DNA of 64,000 nucleotides from Escherichia coli (GTDB lineage Bacteria; Pseudomonadota; Gammaproteobacteria; Enterobacterales; Enterobacteriaceae): NCBI RefSeq assembly GCF_024502345.1, contig NZ_JALDNN010000001.1; one strand, 5' to 3'. Shown piece by piece: positions 59,366 to 64,000 of this stretch (position 1 is its first letter; each line of letters starts with the position of its first letter). The notes under the pieces were generated by a model. It saw only the letters and a program-made list of their open reading frames with translations, ran no database searches and was not told where the DNA came from. The position numbers and the translations under genes were made by a program.

Positions 59366-59492
59366 CGCACACTATGCTTGATGTGTGGCAGCAAAAGCCC
59401 TAAATCCCGCCTGTTTTGCCCCTTACTCAAACCATTGAACGCTTTGCGCTCTGGCATCATTTACGCTTAATACTCTTTCCAGGATTGGCGAC

Positions 59493-60641
59493 GTGTCTGA
59501 CGAGAGCGACGACAAAACAGAAGCCCCCACACCTCACCGACTAGAAAAAGCGCGGGAAGAGGGGCAAATCCCACGTTCCCGTGAACTGACTTCACTGCTG
59601 ATTTTGCTGGTGGGCGTGTGTGTTATCTGGTTTGGCGGTGTGTCCCTGGCCCGTCGATTGTCGGGCATGCTCTCCGCTGGGCTGCATTTTGATCACAGTA
59701 TTATCAAAGACCCGAATCTGATCCTCGGGCAGATTATTCTGCTGATCAGAGAAGCCATGCTGGCGCTGCTACCGCTGATTAGCGGCGTGGTGCTGGTAGC
59801 GCTCATTTCTCCGGTCATGCTGGGGGGGCTGGTATTTAGCGGAAAATCCTTGCAGCCGAAGTTTTCCAAACTCAACCCGCTACCGGGCATTAAACGGATG
59901 TTCTCGGCACAGACTGGCGCGGAGTTGCTTAAAGCAATTTTGAAAACCATCCTGGTTGGCAGCGTGACGGGGTTTTTTCTCTGGCATCACTGGCCGCAGA
60001 TGATGCGCTTACTGGCCGAGTCTCCGATTACCGCCATGGGTAATGCGATGGATTTGGTAGGGCTATGCGCACTGCTGGTGGTGCTTGGTGTCATTCCAAT
60101 GGTGGGGTTTGACGTCTTTTTCCAAATCTTCAGCCACCTGAAAAAGCTGCGAATGTCGCGGCAGGATATTCGTGATGAGTTCAAACAAAGCGAAGGCGAC
60201 CCCCATGTTAAAGGACGGATCCGTCAGATGCAGCGAGCTGCCGCACGGCGTCGGATGATGGCCGATGTGCCGAAAGCGGATGTCATTGTCAATAACCCGA
60301 CCCACTATTCGGTAGCGTTGCAGTATGACGAAAACAAAATGAGCGCACCGAAAGTGGTCGCTAAAGGTGCAGGGCTGGTCGCGCTGCGCATTCGTGAAAT
60401 TGGCGCTGAAAATAACGTCCCGACGCTTGAAGCGCCGCCGCTGGCGCGAGCGCTGTATCGACATGCGGAGATTGGTCAACAAATCCCGGGTCAACTGTAC
60501 GCCGCGGTGGCGGAAGTGCTGGCCTGGGTCTGGCAACTGAAACGCTGGCGTCTGGCTGGTGGACAGCGCCCTGTACAACCTACTCATCTTCCGGTGCCGG
60601 AAGCACTGGATTTTATTAACGAGAAACCGACCCATGAGTAA
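59493..60641 (+). CDS. flhB: Flagellar type III export protein FlhB, GTG start
   Basis: 382 aa; NPTH autocleavage motif (VNNPTHY). Confidence 0.92.
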   Translation: MSDESDDKTEAPTPHRLEKAREEGQIPRSRELTSLLILLVGVCVIWFGGVSLARRLSGMLSAGLHFDHSIIKDPNLILGQIILLIREAMLALLPLISGVVLVALISPVMLGGLVFSGKSLQPKFSKLNPLPGIKRMFSAQTGAELLKAILKTILVGSVTGFFLWHHWPQMMRLLAESPITAMGNAMDLVGLCALLVVLGVIPMVGFDVFFQIFSHLKKLRMSRQDIRDEFKQSEGDPHVKGRIRQMQRAAARRRMMADVPKADVIVNNPTHYSVALQYDENKMSAPKVVAKGAGLVALRIREIGAENNVPTLEAPPLARALYRHAEIGQQIPGQLYAAVAEVLAWVWQLKRWRLAGGQRPVQPTHLPVPEALDFINEKPTHE

Positions 60642-62712
60642 TCTGGCCGCGATGCTGCGCCTGCCCGCAAACCTGAAATCGACACAATGGCAGATCCTTG
60701 CCGGACCGATTTTGATCCTGTTGATCTTGTCGATGATGGTGCTGCCACTGCCCGCATTCATACTCGACCTGTTGTTTACCTTCAATATTGCCTTGTCGAT
60801 CATGGTGTTGCTGGTGGCGATGTTTACCCAGCGCACGCTTGAGTTTGCTGCGTTTCCGACCATTCTGTTGTTTACTACGTTGTTGCGTCTGGCACTTAAC
60901 GTGGCTTCAACCCGTATCATTTTGATGGAAGGGCATACCGGCGCGGCGGCGGCAGGGAAGGTGGTCGAAGCGTTCGGTCACTTCCTCGTTGGTGGCAATT
61001 TCGCTATAGGTATCGTGGTGTTTGTCATTCTCGTGATCATCAACTTTATGGTCATTACCAAAGGTGCCGGGCGTATCGCAGAAGTGGGTGCGCGCTTTGT
61101 TCTCGATGGTATGCCGGGTAAGCAGATGGCGATTGACGCCGACCTTAACGCTGGATTGATTGGTGAAGATGAGGCGAAAAAACGCCGCTCCGAAGTGACT
61201 CAGGAAGCCGATTTTTACGGCTCAATGGACGGGGCAAGTAAGTTTGTTCGCGGCGATGCCATCGCCGGGATCCTCATCATGGTCATTAACGTTGTCGGCG
61301 GGTTGCTGGTCGGCGTGCTGCAACATGGCATGAGCATGGGACACGCGGCGGAAAGTTATACGCTATTGACCATTGGCGACGGTCTGGTGGCACAAATTCC
61401 GGCGCTGGTGATTTCTACCGCCGCGGGGGTCATCGTTACGCGTGTCAGCACCGATCAGGATGTTGGCGAGCAGATGGTGAATCAGCTTTTCAGTAACCCA
61501 AGCGTTATGTTGTTAAGCGCCGCCGTGCTCGGTTTACTCGGCCTGGTGCCTGGAATGCCGAACCTGGTATTTTTGCTGTTCACGGCGGGATTGCTCGGGC
61601 TGGCCTGGTGGATACGCGGGCGCGAACAAAAAGCGCCTGCCGAACCCAAACCGGTAAAAATGGCAGAAAATAATGCTGTAGTCGAAGCAACGTGGAATGA
61701 TGTGCAGCTGGAAGATTCCCTGGGAATGGAAGTAGGCTATCGGCTGATCCCGATGGTCGATTTCCAGCAGGATGGTGAGTTGTTGGGCCGTATACGCAGT
61801 ATCCGCAAGAAATTTGCCCAGGAGATGGGATTTCTGCCGCCAGTGGTGCACATTCGCGACAATATGGATCTGCAACCTGCCCGCTATCGCATTTTGATGA
61901 AAGGCGTGGAGATAGGCAGTGGTGATGCTTATCCGGGGCGCTGGCTGGCGATTAACCCTGGAACCGCTGCCGGGACGTTACCTGGTGAGGCGACCATCGA
62001 TCCGGCATTTGGCCTGAATGCTATCTGGATTGAAAGTGCGCTAAAAGAACAGGCGCAGATTCAGGGGTACACCGTGGTTGAGGCCAGCACGGTGGTGGCA
62101 ACGCATCTTAACCACCTCATTAGCCAGCATGCCGCAGAGCTGTTTGGTCGTCAGGAGGCGCAACAGCTGCTGGATCGCGTCGCCCAGGAGATGCCAAAGC
62201 TGACGGAAGATCTCGTTCCTAGCGTCGTCACGCTCACCACACTGCATAAAGTGCTGCAAAATCTCCTCGATGAAAAAGTACCGATTCGCGATATGCGCAC
62301 CATTCTCGAAACGCTGGTGGAACATGCGCCCATCCAAAGCGATCCGCATGAATTAACCGCCGTCGTGCGCGTAGCGTTGGGGCGAGCGATTACCCAGCAG
62401 TGGTTCCCCGGCAAAGATGAAGTCCATGTTATTGGCCTCGACACGCCGCTGGAACGTTTGTTATTGCAGGCGTTGCAGGGCGGGGGCGCACTGGAGCCAG
62501 GTCTGGCGGATCGTTTGCTGGCGCAAACTCAGGAAGCGCTATCCCGTCAGGAGATGCTGGGTGCGCCGCCAGTATTGTTGGTGAACCACGCGCTGCGACC
62601 ATTATTGTCTCGCTTCCTGCGCCGCAGCTTGCCGCAGTTAGTGGTTCTGTCGAATCTGGAACTGTCTGATAACCGACATATCCGTATGACAGCGACAATT
62701 GGCGGTAAATGA
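60634..62712 (+). CDS. flhA: Flagellar type III export gate protein FlhA
   Basis: 692 aa from MSNLAAMLRLPANLK; overlaps flhB stop. Confidence 0.92.
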   Translation: MSNLAAMLRLPANLKSTQWQILAGPILILLILSMMVLPLPAFILDLLFTFNIALSIMVLLVAMFTQRTLEFAAFPTILLFTTLLRLALNVASTRIILMEGHTGAAAAGKVVEAFGHFLVGGNFAIGIVVFVILVIINFMVITKGAGRIAEVGARFVLDGMPGKQMAIDADLNAGLIGEDEAKKRRSEVTQEADFYGSMDGASKFVRGDAIAGILIMVINVVGGLLVGVLQHGMSMGHAAESYTLLTIGDGLVAQIPALVISTAAGVIVTRVSTDQDVGEQMVNQLFSNPSVMLLSAAVLGLLGLVPGMPNLVFLLFTAGLLGLAWWIRGREQKAPAEPKPVKMAENNAVVEATWNDVQLEDSLGMEVGYRLIPMVDFQQDGELLGRIRSIRKKFAQEMGFLPPVVHIRDNMDLQPARYRILMKGVEIGSGDAYPGRWLAINPGTAAGTLPGEATIDPAFGLNAIWIESALKEQAQIQGYTVVEASTVVATHLNHLISQHAAELFGRQEAQQLLDRVAQEMPKLTEDLVPSVVTLTTLHKVLQNLLDEKVPIRDMRTILETLVEHAPIQSDPHELTAVVRVALGRAITQQWFPGKDEVHVIGLDTPLERLLLQALQGGGALEPGLADRLLAQTQEALSRQEMLGAPPVLLVNHALRPLLSRFLRRSLPQLVVLSNLELSDNRHIRMTATIGGK

Positions 62713-63104
62713 TGAGAACCTTATTAGCAATATTATTGTTTCCGCTGCTGGTGCAAGCCGCCGGGGAGGGGATGTGGCAGGCAAGTAGTGTAGGAATTAC
62801 GCTAAATCATCGCGGTGAGTCGATGTCGTCTGCACCTCTTTCTACGCGACAACCTGCTTCAGGATTGATGACGCTGGTGGCGTGGCGGTATCAGCTTATC
62901 GGCCCGACACCTGCAGGACTGCGGGTTCGCTTGTGTTCGCAATCTCGTTGTGTCGAATTAGAGGGGCAGAGCGGAACCACCGTGGCCTTTTCCGGTATAG
63001 CGGCAGCAGAACCGTTGCGCTTTATCTGGGAAGTGCCTGGCGGTGGGCGGTTAATTCCGTCGCTGAAAGTACAACGTAATGAAGTGATTGTGAATTATCG
63101 CTGA
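62712..63104 (+). CDS. flhE: Flagellar protein FlhE
   Basis: 130 aa with signal peptide; overlaps flhA stop. Confidence 0.88.
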   Translation: MRTLLAILLFPLLVQAAGEGMWQASSVGITLNHRGESMSSAPLSTRQPASGLMTLVAWRYQLIGPTPAGLRVRLCSQSRCVELEGQSGTTVAFSGIAAAEPLRFIWEVPGGGRLIPSLKVQRNEVIVNYR

Positions 63105-63224
63105 AGGACAAAAAAAATTACGCGCTCGCGAGTATGTTTAATGACTCAGTGAAAAAGGCTGGATGTTTTGTTGCATTCATTTATCAGGAATAGCTTGCAA
63201 CAAAACATGCCAAAAATATGTGAA

Positions 63225-63713
63225 TTATCCTCTTGTCAAAGGGCTTGGATAAAAATCTTCAGAGTTACGGTATAGCTGCAACTGGCGAGTTCGCGTATTG
63301 GTCTGTATGATCATACATGATAGCCATTCTGATTCAGAATAAGGGTCACTTAAATCCTGAACATCCTCATTTGAAAGGATTAATTCACATTCTTTGTCCC
63401 TAAAATCCAGCCAGGCTCGTTGTGATTTTTTAAGCAAGTTAAGTTGTTCGGTATCAGGTTTTTTTGCACCTGTGCGTGGCACTTGTTCTATATAACGATA
63501 AGCTTCACCATAAGCTTTATTTAATTGCGCATCGACGAGGTTGTATTCTTGTCGCAGACATGATTTGATCACGTTAATGTCAGTATCATCATCTGAATTT
63601 TTTTGCCAACAATCTTTGATGGCTGAAATGTCATGATCATTTACTATAACCGTATCTTCTGCGTAAGCCTGGCAAGAGATAATGCCTAATGTTAATACAA
63701 GAAATTTAAACAC
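63225..63713 (-). CDS. yecT: Periplasmic protein YecT (DUF1311/LprI-like)
   Basis: 162 aa with signal peptide; conserved position between flhE and argS. Confidence 0.65.
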   Translation of the reverse strand: MFKFLVLTLGIISCQAYAEDTVIVNDHDISAIKDCWQKNSDDDTDINVIKSCLRQEYNLVDAQLNKAYGEAYRYIEQVPRTGAKKPDTEQLNLLKKSQRAWLDFRDKECELILSNEDVQDLSDPYSESEWLSCMIIQTNTRTRQLQLYRNSEDFYPSPLTRG

Positions 63714-63835
63714 TGCGGTATTCCTTAAATTGAACCGTTATCGTTTTCCTGGGCCTGGATATTACGCTTCTGGCCTCTTACTCAACAGTGAGAAAACGAT
63801 GGCATGTCCGTTTTCAGAATACATTTAGATGGCAA

Positions 63836-63870
63836 TAAAAAAGCCTGATCGGCTAACCCTGATCAGGCTT
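63836..63870. terminator. Bidirectional terminator hairpin between yecT and argS
   Basis: aaaaaagcctgatc...gatcaggctt. Confidence 0.6.
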
Positions 63871-63889
63871 CACTCTCACGAAAAATCGA

Positions 63890-64000
63890 TTACATACGCT
63901 CTACAGTCTCAATACCCAGCGTATCCAGACCCAGCTTCAGCGTCTTCGCTGTCAGTTGTGCCAGTTTCAGACGGCTGTTACGCACTTCTTCGTTTTCTGC
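63890..64000 (-). CDS. argS: C-terminal fragment of arginine--tRNA ligase (5' end outside window)
   Basis: Minus-strand frame ending ...ETVERM-stop, open to the window edge; synteny. Confidence 0.65.

Noticed and set aside
60063-60920. 285-aa minus-strand ORF spanning the flhB/flhA junction
   Set aside because: Overlaps two well-supported flagellar export genes on the opposite strand; no independent support.

Overview
This window is an Escherichia coli-type chromosomal segment running tcyL'-tcyN-sdiA-yecF-uvrY-uvrC-pgsA-glyW-cysT-leuZ ... yecA-tyrP-yecH-ftnA-yecR-azuC-yecJ-ftnB-araFGH-otsBA-uspC-flhDC-motAB-cheAW-tar-tap-cheRBYZ-flhBAE-yecT-argS'. Two insertions interrupt this conserved backbone. 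(1) A 1057-bp IS903-family element with perfect 9-bp target-site duplications sits in the divergent yecF/uvrY promoter region. (2) A ~27.6-kb integrative element is inserted in tRNA-Leu (leuZ), bounded by ~128-bp imperfect direct repeats that duplicate the 3' half of the tRNA plus its terminator. The element carries a family-B DNA polymerase with exonuclease and polymerase motifs, two tyrosine recombinases, an AlpA-like excisionase, a UDG-like gene, a type I R-M system (hsdM-hsdS-[YecA-like SEC-C protein]-hsdR-DUF45), three further predicted nucleases, and several AT-rich ORFs with no recognisable domains. This architecture matches the pipolin class of self-replicating elements encoding a primer-independent PolB (piPolB); I regard it as the most interesting system in the window. 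All calls are from reading the sequence and the supplied ORF track; no database searches were run, so family assignments rest on motifs and recalled knowledge.
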